Shown one piece after another: positions 24,801 to 35,600 of a DNA stretch of 64,000 bases. Origin of the DNA: Catajapyx aquilonaris (taxonomy: Eukaryota). The DNA lies in NCBI GenBank assembly GCA_000934665.2, contig JYFJ02001842.1, forward strand, positions 1 through 64,000, given 5' to 3'. The translations under genes and the position numbers were made by a program. The first letter of the stretch is position 1, and every line of letters begins with the position of its first letter. A model generated the notes under the pieces. The model was not told the DNA's origin, searched no databases, and saw only the letters and a program-made list of their open reading frames with translations.

Positions 24801-27131
24801 AAAAAAACATCGCCCTCAATGCCATAGAGTTCCAAGCGAGGGCAAAATGGCAGCACTTTTGCACCTCAAAGAGTTGGCAAGGAACCCATGAGGATGCTAA
24901 CTTACTGAGACCTGTCTTTCAGAGTCCTAGGCATAGTGCTCTGACTTGTCTCACACTTGAAATTAAGATCCATTGTTGTCCATCTCAGAGTGTCTAGCCT
25001 CCAACAGCTCCAAGCGTGTTAGGCTCGGCCGTCTTAGGGCTATGGTGCAGTGGGGAGGGCGTCACATTCCCCGTTTGTTTGTCCACCCCTCTCGTGATAT
25101 GGGCAACATCTATATGCCAGATAAAATTGTAATCGCCGGATCTTCAAAACTCAGCAGAGGTCATCTGGGTCGTCTATGTATGTGTTACCATTTTTGAATA
25201 AAAAAATTTGCGCCATGACTTATGAATCAACTCTCGTATTTGCAGTTTCTAAGCTTCTGTATATTGGTATTCATTTCACGTATTTTATGTTGTACCTTTG
25301 TTAACCCTTGTTAATTGATGACCTTGATTATTAGGAGATGACATAGTTTCTGTGTTATGATACACCATAATATTTTTTATGAGTATTGTGCATTGTGATG
25401 ACACATTTATTGCTCTGTACTCTGCTGATTTCTGTTAGATCAGGCAGATAAGGGTGTTCTTCATTATCATGCAAAGGATATCATTCCAAACAGCTTAATA
25501 ATGAATTATTTATAAGCTAAGCAATTAGATACACTTACATCTTAGACTAATTAACTTATGCCACCTACTCAGCTTTATGAATGCTAACATTAACACTTGC
25601 CTCACAGACAATTTTTGTGTGGGCTCAGTGTACTACTCGTATACATGATTTGTCTCGAGACACGTGGAAAAAAAGTAGGTGACAATTTCTTATGATTTGA
25701 AAGTGTTGGAATCAAAGATCTCTGAATTGACCATAGTATTTCATGATACTGGTGTGTTTATTATGTGTCTCATGTGTATAGGAATTACAATACCTGAACT
25801 GTGCAGGTTTCAAGAAAGTGCTGAAGAACAACAGCTACATGGGCGAGCTTGAGCTGCTGATTGATGCAGAGAACAGCACAGGCCCCAAGGTCAAATGCTG
25901 CAGCAGATGCTCCCACTGTCAGAAGGCCATTGACCAACAGAGTAGTAATCATCAGCCCAAGACAGGTACACACTGGTCAGCCAGAACTGATGAAAATTCA
26001 TGGTAAAAACTTATTTTTCTATTTCCTGCAGTGTGGAAGAAGATGTCAGGTGATTTTATGGCAGTGAACAGCTTCACCATGGCATGTGCCTGCAAGCTGG
26101 CTCCCAAAGGTGTATCACCTTACGCCCATTTGGGAGATGGCTGCAGTGACATCGTGCTGGTTAGAAAGACATCTAGGCTGAACTATCTGCGCTACCTGCT
26201 CAGAATTGCTGGGGATAGTGAAAGCGTGGTTAGTAATCCCAAGTTTGGTCTCAGAAGTACATTAAGATTGCCCAAAATGCTGTGTGTATTACCAAATTTT
26301 AACCTCTTCTAATGGTGACTTACAGCACTGTCAAATCCCACTCTTAAAATTAGGGAAGGGAAATTTTCTGAGCCTCTAGTGAATATGGTCCGTGGAGGAG
26401 CCCTGTCATTCTTACACATCTTGTAAGGATCAATGTGGAGGGTGATTATGCAATGAGAAGTGACATATCCTCATCACAGGACCTGAACGTGTCTAATAGT
26501 CCATTGCACACCCCATATGTTACATGCACCCATATTGAGGGTTTAAGAAGTTCTTGCTTGCTTTTGATAAGACCATGGTGTCACCTGTGTGTGTTTTTTT
26601 CTCTCCATAACTTGCATTTTGTGCAATCATGATGATGTTCCAAACTGTAGCTTGACAAAGGAAAATGATATTTTATGTTGTGGTTCTTTATAGTTTGAGC
26701 TACCCTACGTGGAATCATTCAGGGTCCGTGAGTTCAGGTTTCGTCCCCTTCAGAATCTCAGAGAGGACTTTGAGTCTGGAAAGAATGAGCCTTTATTGAA
26801 GAAGAGCTCTTGGAACTGTGATGGCGAAATTATCAGTGATCCATCCATACGAGTTAAGTGAGTATCTGCAGATGCATTTTATTGTGGTTTTTTGTTGACT
26901 ATGTGCTTGATTATATTTGTTGGGGGTAATGACCTTTACCTGAAGCTTAATTAAATCAGAATTGCCAGAATACCTAATGACACATGAGATTAATTAGTTT
27001 CCTTGCATTCTAGGGTTCACTGCCAGCCTCTGCAAGTATTTTCAAGAGGGACAATGCCTGAAGAAGACAGAACGAAGTACTGTGTGCTGTGCCCATGCAG
27101 GGGTGACAAAAATGTAGCAGAGGAGAGGTGA
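18818..27131 (+). CDS. CERK: Ceramide kinase, 7 coding exons, ~529 aa
   Basis: Exons 18818-18947, 20333-20581, 23342-23914, 25807-25965, 26032-26228, 26694-26857 and 27014-27131 are phase-consistent (1590 nt). PH domain, then DAGK-type motifs 'RPKKLLVFINPHGGKK', 'AMGGDGMFSEVFNGL', 'GIIPCGSTD', 'LRWMGPKRYD'. Also the CERK CxxxCxxC motif (CCSRCSHC), 'HLGDG', 'SSWNCDGE' and 'VHCQ..QVFSRG'. Confidence 0.95.
19983..20123. mobile_element. Hairpin MITE with TA flanks
   Basis: Inverted arms of about 60 bp, CTATCAGTCCACCAAGAATTGTC... / ...GACAATTCTTGGTGGACTGATAG, with a short loop and TA on both sides. Confidence 0.7.
21455..21583. mobile_element. Small imperfect hairpin/MITE
   Basis: CTATAGATGGGTCG..GAAC.AACGCAAGC / GCTTGCGTT.GTTC..CGACCCATCTATAG; arms of about 50 bp. 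Confidence 0.6.
22056..22782. mobile_element. Tc1/pogo-type non-autonomous element (CAGTAGAACC termini), copy 1
   Basis: TA|CAGTAGAACC..GATTA ... GGATAATCAGGTTCTACTG|TA. The 5' part is homologous to the element at 61370. Confidence 0.7.
24504..25236. mobile_element. Mariner-like MITE with long (~255 bp) inverted arms
   Basis: TA|CGAGGGTTGATTCATAAGTCATGGCGC ... GCGCCATGACTTATGAATCAACTCTCG|TA. Arms about 24504-24758 and 24974-25236. No transposase ORF. Confidence 0.85.
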
Positions 27132-27793
27132 GAATATAAAATCCGGTACTTCCATGACTTTGTTGGAAAGTCATTTGTATTTTGTTTTGAAAAGGTAACA
27201 TGCTATTTTTACACAATATTGGAATTGTTGAATGCCTACAAATATGTTGAGAACAAACCATTATGTGCTCCCCTGAATTACTTGCCCAGCCATTAACTCT
27301 ACACAGGGCAATAGTAATATGATAACAATATTAATATTGGGCTGACTAAATTTTGTACATGCAACCAGCCAGCATTTGTTAGCCATACAGCCACCATGTA
27401 TAATCTTGGTGCTTGTTAGCTGGGGGCCTAGGTGTTGTTACCTAATTCTGCATTGATTTGGTTGCTTTCCTTTCTCATTATGCTGCAAAGAAAATTTAAT
27501 CAGTGATTTCAATTGTCATCTTCTGTTGCACACTAAATGCACACTAATTGCACTAAGGCAGCAATTTTTAAAATAACAATATCCAGCCCACTGGTTGGTA
27601 GTTTCCCAGGTGAGGCGTGAGTGCAAGTCTGTCAGGTTAGAAAGGTAAAGCAATGAATAATCCCAGGGCAGGTGGTCATTTGCCCTGCTTTAGTAATTAG
27701 TAGGCCGTAGTTAAAAAAAGAGTGTAGATACTGATCTAAGGTAAAACTTGGGAAATTACAACAATATTGGAGAGCACTTTCCAATAGCAGATA

Positions 27794-27966
27794 CAGTGAA
27801 ACTTGCCTGAATGAAACCTGGATTCAGTGTAACCTTGTCCCTTACGGATTTTTTCTTTGGTCCCAACAAAGGATTATCTGTGGGTTTTGTCTTATAATGA
27901 AATAAACCTGTTCAATGCATAAAATTTTCTCGGAAAACAGAGACATTGCTACAGCAGGTTTGACTG
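27794..27966. mobile_element. Degenerate Tc1-type MITE remnant downstream of the CERK stop codon
   Basis: TA|CAGTGAAACTTGC ... GCAGGTTTGACTG|TG imperfect termini. Confidence 0.3.
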
Positions 27967-29939
27967 TGTTTTGCTAACAGCAAGCCCTCCTAATAGCCAT
28001 GCTCTAGTAGGCTGCTTTATCTTCTAAGTACGGTAATATGAGGTAATATGCTGGATTTTAAGCATTCAAAAAAATGTCACCGTCAACCAGGAAAGATATG
28101 GAAATTGCCAAATTCAGAGCCAAATATTGTCTATAATAGCATCAGAATAAACATTAGATCTAGACTTATGGGTAAGACCAAGAGCTCTTGGTAAGACCTG
28201 CGCCTAGGATGTTTAATATTGTACCCAGTACAATTGTGATAACTCTGCCAAAGCCTTCGAAAAGGCATGCAATGCAGATTTTTGTAATCACGACTGAAAG
28301 GTGTGTCTGCAAATATTTTTATCTTCACAGAAGCACTTGTTGAGGAAATTGGTGAGTCTAAGAAAGTAAACATTGAGAGTAATGTGGGGGTTCTTTTATC
28401 ATTGTTAATTGGCACAGTATGTAACATTACATCACATCATTATGTCACGGTGTTAATCCCATAATGGGCTAGCTAGCGATGACTAATGTGTACTATACCC
28501 CTAGCCATCTCAGTTGACCAATACAATGAATCCTCTGGTACAGAATGTAACAAAATAAAGTTTAGTTGCCACCAAGTGACTCGTGATGATGACACCAGTG
28601 ATAGAGGGAATGGGGAATTCTGTGGTCTTGCAAACATAGTTTGCAGGGTGGTGTCTCAACAACATGTTTATGAAATGCATGCCAAAAAAACTTCCTGGGC
28701 CACACTCGCCAATTTCAAAAACTTTGAGACAATGAGCAGGCTGTGTCTGGAGAATTCCAACTTGCCTGCCCCTGCATAAACACTCGCGTCAGACTCAATC
28801 TGAATGTGTCCTTTTGTGAAGATAATATTTTTTTGTTGACATTCTTGTCAGTTGTTGCTGGCAACTAGGTGTCAGTGCCTTTCTGCTACAATGTGGCTAA
28901 TGATATTCTCAGTGACTGAGCCAACATGAAGTTTTACTAACAAAATGGTAACTAATATGTTGTAAATTGTCAAGGGTTGTGTTTTCCAATACCCTGATGT
29001 CAAAGAGTCATAAACGGGATCCAGACATGCAGATGCGGTTTTGGCAGCAGGAATGTATTACTGAAGGTAGTACCATGTTTCAGATCTGGAAAAAGGAATG
29101 GAGTGTAGCTCTGCATTACATAGGTTGTGGCAGATGAGACAGTATTATTTTAAGGATAGGCAGTATTAAGGAGTTATGTTTGTGTTTGTCGTTATTATTA
29201 TGAATTTATTTTATTTATAACATTGATGAATGACAACTAAGTTTAAAATCTACATTCCCATATTTTCAGTAATCTAACTGTGGTCGTGATTCTAAAGTAT
29301 TGCCACGATTTGTTATTTAATTGCTTTGACATTGGTATTTGGTTTATCGCACATTGTCAAAACTCCAATAACAATGTAATAAAGCAGGGACCATTCATTT
29401 TATGTGTTTGGAAGAATTTCAGCAGTATTGCAACGACATTACCATATCGTGTGGGGTGAAAACTATGGCAGCATGAGTGAATTGGTTATGTGATGTGAGA
29501 TTTACCAAGCAAGTGAAAGAGAGAAAAACTGCTCAGTAATAATAATATTGTAGCATAGTTGCAATAAGGAGCGAAGTTGTGGCAGTTTGTTAATATTGTT
29601 CCTAATGTCTTGAGAATTTTGTTTTTTGGTAATTGCAGGTCCACTCAAAGTGGTTTATTTTTATCACAATATTATGGTGCTTTTTTGTGACTTTGCAGTG
29701 GTGCAGGGTAGTGTGGAGTTATGTGTCAAACACATAAAATTAGCATTATTTACATTTATCTACGCCCATGATTTTAAAAAATGCTTTCGTGGATAGCAGA
29801 TAAAAATTATGGGTAGTACCTGTGGTGTTGGTTGCAACATGAAGAAGAAAAAATTACAACACAGATGTACTTGTTCGTGTAATAAAAAAAATTCAGTGAA
29901 GTTTTACTCAGTGTTTTTGTGCCGTGTTGCCAGACCTGA

Positions 29940-30355
29940 CCTTTTCCACACTTTGGGTGCTTTCATTTGAATTTCCCGGCGATTGGGTCACACTTGGCAG
30001 ATGGTTGAGACATCCCCGTGGTGTTTATTTTTAGGGAAGGGAGTCGCGTGGAATGATTGTGTCTGGTGGGGAGGGTTTGGTGGCCTGTGTGGTCCATGCG
30101 CACTGGAAGGATGGGTCGGGGCTGAGTTGCGTGTGAGCAGCAGCAGCAGCAGTTGCACAGCAGACGACGCGGAGAAGAGGGGCGCGCTGCGTCTGGCAAC
30201 CCCGAAAATCCATTATGGCGTAGATTGACGTCGGTGCGGAAGAAAAAAAGGAGCCAAGAGGGAAGGAGATTCTGTGACATTATTGGGAAGGGTCGACACC
30301 ATGGGCGCATCCCAGGGCGCAGGAGGAGGGAGCAACGGGCGCCGTCCTCGCAAAC
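29940..30355 (+). promoter_or_regulatory. GC/CpG-rich promoter and putative non-coding first exon of the RASSF gene
   Basis: Abrupt GC/CpG rise just after AATAAA at 29881. Donor AAC|GTAAGC at 30355. The next strong acceptor is (T)n CCAG|32623, upstream of the ATG at 32660. Confidence 0.5.
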
Positions 30356-31071
30356 GTAAGCACAGCGAGCGTCGGGTGTAGTAGTAGGCGCCGCCATGCA
30401 GGATCCGGCGCGCGTGGAGGGACGAGGATGAGATAGACTTGAGGGAGGTTCAGGGAATTATTATTGATAGGAGTGCATGGACCCCCCCACAAATGCTTCG
30501 TATTGCCCAGGCGGAACCTTGCACGTGCTCAGTGCACCTATTGAACTGCCTGCACAGTGCAGGGTAGGAAGGAGCAGTTGGTGACGGATGTACTGCCCTG
30601 ATGATATAATAATCCAATAATCAATAAACCCATAATGGAATTCTGTTGAGACAAACGACTGATCAAGGGCAGGTCATGCATGGTATGAGATTCGAACTGA
30701 AGAGGAGCGTGGCAGGTGATTATCTCCAAGTTGCTAATTTTATATGTGGTGGGTCACACATTTTCATAGGCATGAACTAAAACTGCCCTGTCAAAACAGT
30801 CACAGCTGGCATTGTTTGTATTGTGTCTGTTGACTGCATGTCAAGCTACACTCAATTCCTTAGATTGCATCCTCTTGCATTTTGGTAAATCCACTGGTTT
30901 TATACTAGTTTGCCAGGGATCATCTCCAAAGTATATCACACTGATTCTTGGCTTTGTTAGACACCTTCCCTCCTTCCTTCCAACCCCATATCGCAATCAC
31001 ACACTGGTCCAGACCCTGTCTCCAAAAAGCATGGTCTGTGGCAGCAACTTCTCAGTGACAGTGTGACATAC

Positions 31072-31406
31072 AACAACAACAACAACAACAACAACAATAA
31101 TAATAATAATAATTTGTACCCCGTGCTAGAGCCATGGGCCCTCTTAGGGGGGTGGGATACCACCATATTTTTTAAATATCTGGAACTCTCACTTTCGTTT
31201 TTACTTCTCTTATATGGGGATGGGTTAGGGACGGAAGGAAGCGGCTGTGGCCTATAATTATGGACACGACCCCGGAATTATCCTGGTGAGACCATGGGAA
31301 ACCACAGAAAACCACGGTCAGGGTCGGCGGCCCCCGGGATTCGAACCCAGGACCTCCCGATTAGCAGTCGGATACCATATCCCCTCCGCTACCACTGCTT
31401 CGGTAG
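31072..31406 (-). mobile_element. tRNA-derived SINE, family A, copy 1, with (ATT)n(GTT)n tail
   Basis: Minus-strand head contains B box GGTTCGAATCC. Microsatellite tail at 31072-31113. Perfect 13-bp TSD CAGTGTGACATAC at 31059-31071 and 31407-31419. Homologous to 38329-38607. Confidence 0.9.
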
Positions 31407-31739
31407 CAGTGTGACATACGTTATGGATGATATGAGTTTGTGGCACTGTGCACCAGTTGCTCAAGAGTTGCACCTCCTGTACTGTACATCTTTGGTGAAT
31501 TTATTGTACCTGCAAACTTTACAATTGCCAGAAGTGGTAGCATGAATTGTCCACATATGGAGCTTGCACTATAGCAGCAGTTTTCAATTACTTGTATTTA
31601 TTGTAGACAGAGCCTTTTAATTCTTGCAAAACTTGGTGGAACTCCTACAATAAAACCTTGTTTCATTTATTATAACTGTAGCGCGTCAGCAAGGTACTTT
31701 TCTGTACCTGACTCATAAATCCATCACTACCAGAAAATC

Positions 31740-31979
31740 GGGGTCGACACAGTGGTGTAGTGGTTAGCACCACAGCCTTCCTCCTCTGAAGTACCGAGAT
31801 CGATCCCTGGTCGGGCAAAAGATGCATATGTGGAAAGGGTTTGGTTGGGTTCTCTCAGTGTTCGCGTGAGTTTTCTCGGGGCTCTCCCGTTTCCTTCCAC
31901 TATGAAAAACCCATCGTAGTACAAGACAGATAGCCTTAGTTGCTTTGGCTCAAATTAACCTACCTACCTACCTACCTAC
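31740..31979 (+). mobile_element. tRNA-derived SINE, family B, with (CCTA)n tail
   Basis: A box TGGTGTAGTGG, degenerate B box GATCGATCCC, (ACCT)n tail. Perfect 13-bp TSD CTACCAGAAAATC at 31727-31739 and 31980-31992. Confidence 0.9.
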
Positions 31980-32659
31980 CTACCAGAAAATCTGCATGGA
32001 CCCCTTTGAACAGGCCTGCAGAACCCAGGGATTCCATGGAACTTTGGTTGAAGACGGATGCAGTGGAAAGAATCATATATAACCTATGCAAATTATATGC
32101 TTTCCATCATACTGTTGCTTCACACAATCCTAAATTTATTTTTTGTGCCTTATATGAAGGCCACTCTCTGCGGACATTTCAATGCAAGAACTGAGGACTA
32201 TTATGAGACTGCAAGATTCAGAACAGTCATGCCATGCACATGCATATAATCATTTCTGAGGTACTTTGTGTCAAATAACATGACAATCCCACTCATGCTG
32301 AGCATCTTATCATCCTTGGTTTTTGAATTGGGTTGTTTGTAGGATGTACAGTACCAGTCACGTAAAGTGGTGGAATGTTGGAGCTGCCTTTTAACGATAA
32401 AAGAACAATGCACCGATTTGATTGATTCTTAAGTACTTGGCTTATAATAAAAGTTTCATTGAACCTTGAATAAACATTCAATTAGATTGTTCTGACCCAT
32501 TCTGCTCCCAGCCGATAATATATTCTTTCTTGCAGAGTCTGTCATGTGACTTCTGAGTTGATGTAGTTATTACACTGTGATGTTTTTTTTTTTTTTTTCC
32601 AGATGTGTTTGCACCTGTGTGCTCAATTATTTCTGTCCAGTGAGTAGTAGACTGTTGGA

Positions 32660-35600
32660 ATGGCCTCTACCTGCAAGGGTGAAGTGGGTGACCCTGCCAA
32701 CGACAAGGCCACCGATACTCAGGTGAATTTGGGATGTTTGGAATATCTTTAACCAGTGTCAGGCATGGCTTCCCCGAGAAGTCAGTTGCTTTTCAGGAGA
32801 ATTAATAATTTTGCAACTTCCTTTTTTGTGACAAAGTGCAACCTTTCCTTCACTCTCTCAGCAAGAATTAATTATAATTAATAAGCATGAGTTCGCATTA
32901 TTTTATACTTCTTATTACCTGCAATTTGTTTTTCCCCTCCAAGAAGCATTTAGAGACATGCAACAGCAATAAAAATAAAAATAGGTTGTCTAATAATTTA
33001 TATGGAAAGGAGGAATAACTTAAATTTATTCCACTTCACATTGGTTGGGTGTCACCCAGGGTATACTGTCCTGCTGATCACCCTTGATTTATACTGGCAG
33101 GCTGCTCTATGTGAAATCTCAATGGCTCTACGTGAAAATGTTTATTATATTTACTAAAATTATTTATTAAAATAATAAATATTTTAAAGATTACCTTGTT
33201 TGTAGTGTTGCTGTTGAGAATTTTCATGTTAACATCTTGGCTTACCACTTAAAAGCATAATGAGATATTGGTATGTAAGGCAGCACTGCGGGTAGTGGTT
33301 AGTGCCAAATGCCAAGATGTATTTGTCAATTGCAGGCCAATTGCTTAGTCATTGTTATATTAGTTTCTGGGTATTTCATCTTTTATAAATCTGGCGGTAG
33401 TGCATGCCAGCAATGCAGCACTCCAGATCCACATGTCACTTATCACTTTGTCATGGCATGTCCTAATTATACAGGAACACAATGGCAGCTTCCCAGAAGT
33501 GGAATGGAAGTTCCCCTTCAATCTGGGCTTTGGCCTGGGTGATATCTTCCACCACTGGATGTTTGGTGGGACACGCAAGCACAAGTCCCACAAGACATCT
33601 TCCTCCACTCCCACTACTCCTAAGAAGGCTGTTGTGGAGAGCAAGAGATCTTCAATGATTGATATTCCCACAGGAGAGCAGATTGAGCTGGCCATGTTTA
33701 CAAAAGCACAGGTTAGTGTGATCACTGATATGGGTGTGCATTGTTCACACTAACACCTGGGGAAGTTCATGTGTTTCAGGAATCTAGTGTAAGAATGTGA
33801 GCAATTGTGTACATTTCAGGGTCAAAATGAAGGTGGGGGGAGGATGTTGCAAAGGTCTTCTTTACTTGTCGTTTGTGTTACTTCCCAGTGGTTTGATAAG
33901 CTGATTACCTTTGACCAAGAACTGCCTGAACTAGCCATATCCTGAGAATAATGACAACTCTTCATCTTATTTGATATTTGTCACTGTGAAATCTGCCATT
34001 CCACCACAACTAGCCAATACCATTGCATGTTCTGGTGCCTAGCAGGAAGAGGGAATGTTGGATTTTTTGGCTTATGTCAAGTATACGGGACATTTGCCGA
34101 ATCAATTAGGAAACAGTACCTGCGGCTTGCCGACCCTTTGATTTGTTGTTTTGCTTCTGGGTTTGAAGTCCGGGAAGTGATCAGGGACCCCGGAATTAAT
34201 TCCTCAAGTTGGACCAGAATACAGATGGGATTATTGTATCTCTCAGTTCGGGTTCGAATCGTAAGTTGCTAGGTTACGAACAAACATTCCAGCTCAAGAA
34301 AGCGTTAGGCAACAATGAAAATCTGGAAAGTTTATCGTTTATCTGCATCTAGAGACGCGGCGGGGTTGGGAGTGCTGGGCAGGAGGTGGCAAATTTAAAT
34401 GCTACGATGGTTGCTGCAGAACGACATGTGGTCACACCAGCCGTGTTTTCTGAGCATGTGCAGTAGTATGTCTGCAGAGTGAGTCGTGGACATGATTGGA
34501 GGGGAGAGTCTGGTGGATGCGGGCGGATTGTGACGTCGCATGTCATCAGTTGGTTTAACAGACTCTGTGGAGGTAAATTTCGCGCTTGACAAAGGCACAA
34601 TAACGTTCGTTGGCCTGCGGCGCACAATGAGGACCGCATTGTGGGCGTATACAAACCCACAATAAGCGCCCAGCTCCGCTATCACTCCGCAAAAACTAAA
34701 AATATCACGCACAGGCGACGTACCATGCCTGGCAGGGCAATGGACAGTACTGTTGCGGTTACAGAAAGCCATACAGCATCACCAAGACAAAGGGCTATTC
34801 CATGGTGATTATACCTCAAAATCTGTACCGATCTGTACCGAATCCAAACAGCGAAAACCCTAAGTGCCTATATTGGTTTGTATCACCCTATTCACCCACC
34901 TGCTATGCCCTTGGGCTGCCTTCACTAGGCATCGCCATCTGTACTTGTCCAGCTTGCTGTTGTCTGAGTGGAGGGTCATTGTATGACCTCACGGGCACTT
35001 CTTCTCACCCCCCTTCACAACCAACCCCCAATCCATCAGTGCCTTGATGAGTGGTCGGCCATTCTCTTCCATAGATAGTTGGAAAAAATACTTCAGATTT
35101 ATTCGTTTTGGCGTGACATTGTCGGATGCCATGCTGTATAGAAATTTGGGTTAGGTTTTCCTGGGTATGAAGAGGAAGGAAAGGAAACATACCTGGTGAC
35201 AATATGCAATTATCGTGAATGAGCTCCAAATCCGTGCGTACTGGTGCGTTCGAAATTTGTTGTAAACAACCGAATTTAGAAGAGGCTATTCGTAACCTAG
35301 CAACTTACGATTCGAACTGAGAGATAACAATTAGGATGACAATGATCCCATCTGCATTCTGATCCAACTTGAGGAATTAAGGTAAGGGTAAGGTCTGCAA
35401 AAACTTTGCAGTTTTCTATATATTTCCTGAATCTACTCGATGAGCTGAGTCGAATGACACTATTCCTAATGTGCGGAAATGTTTGGTTCAAGAGTAATTG
35501 AATTTTGAAATTGCATGTAATAACAATGAATAATTGAAAATAAACAAGTGTTCCTTTGTTGAAACAGTTTACTCCCATTGTTAAGTGAAATATGAAAGCC

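Noticed and set aside
30957..31257. Poly-Asn and poly-Leu ORFs
   Set aside because: Translations of the SINE microsatellite tail.
31290..31406. tRNA-like sequence (also at 31740-31815 and 38520-38607)
   Set aside because: These are SINE heads with TSDs and tails; no complete cloverleaf is evident, so they are not called tRNA genes.
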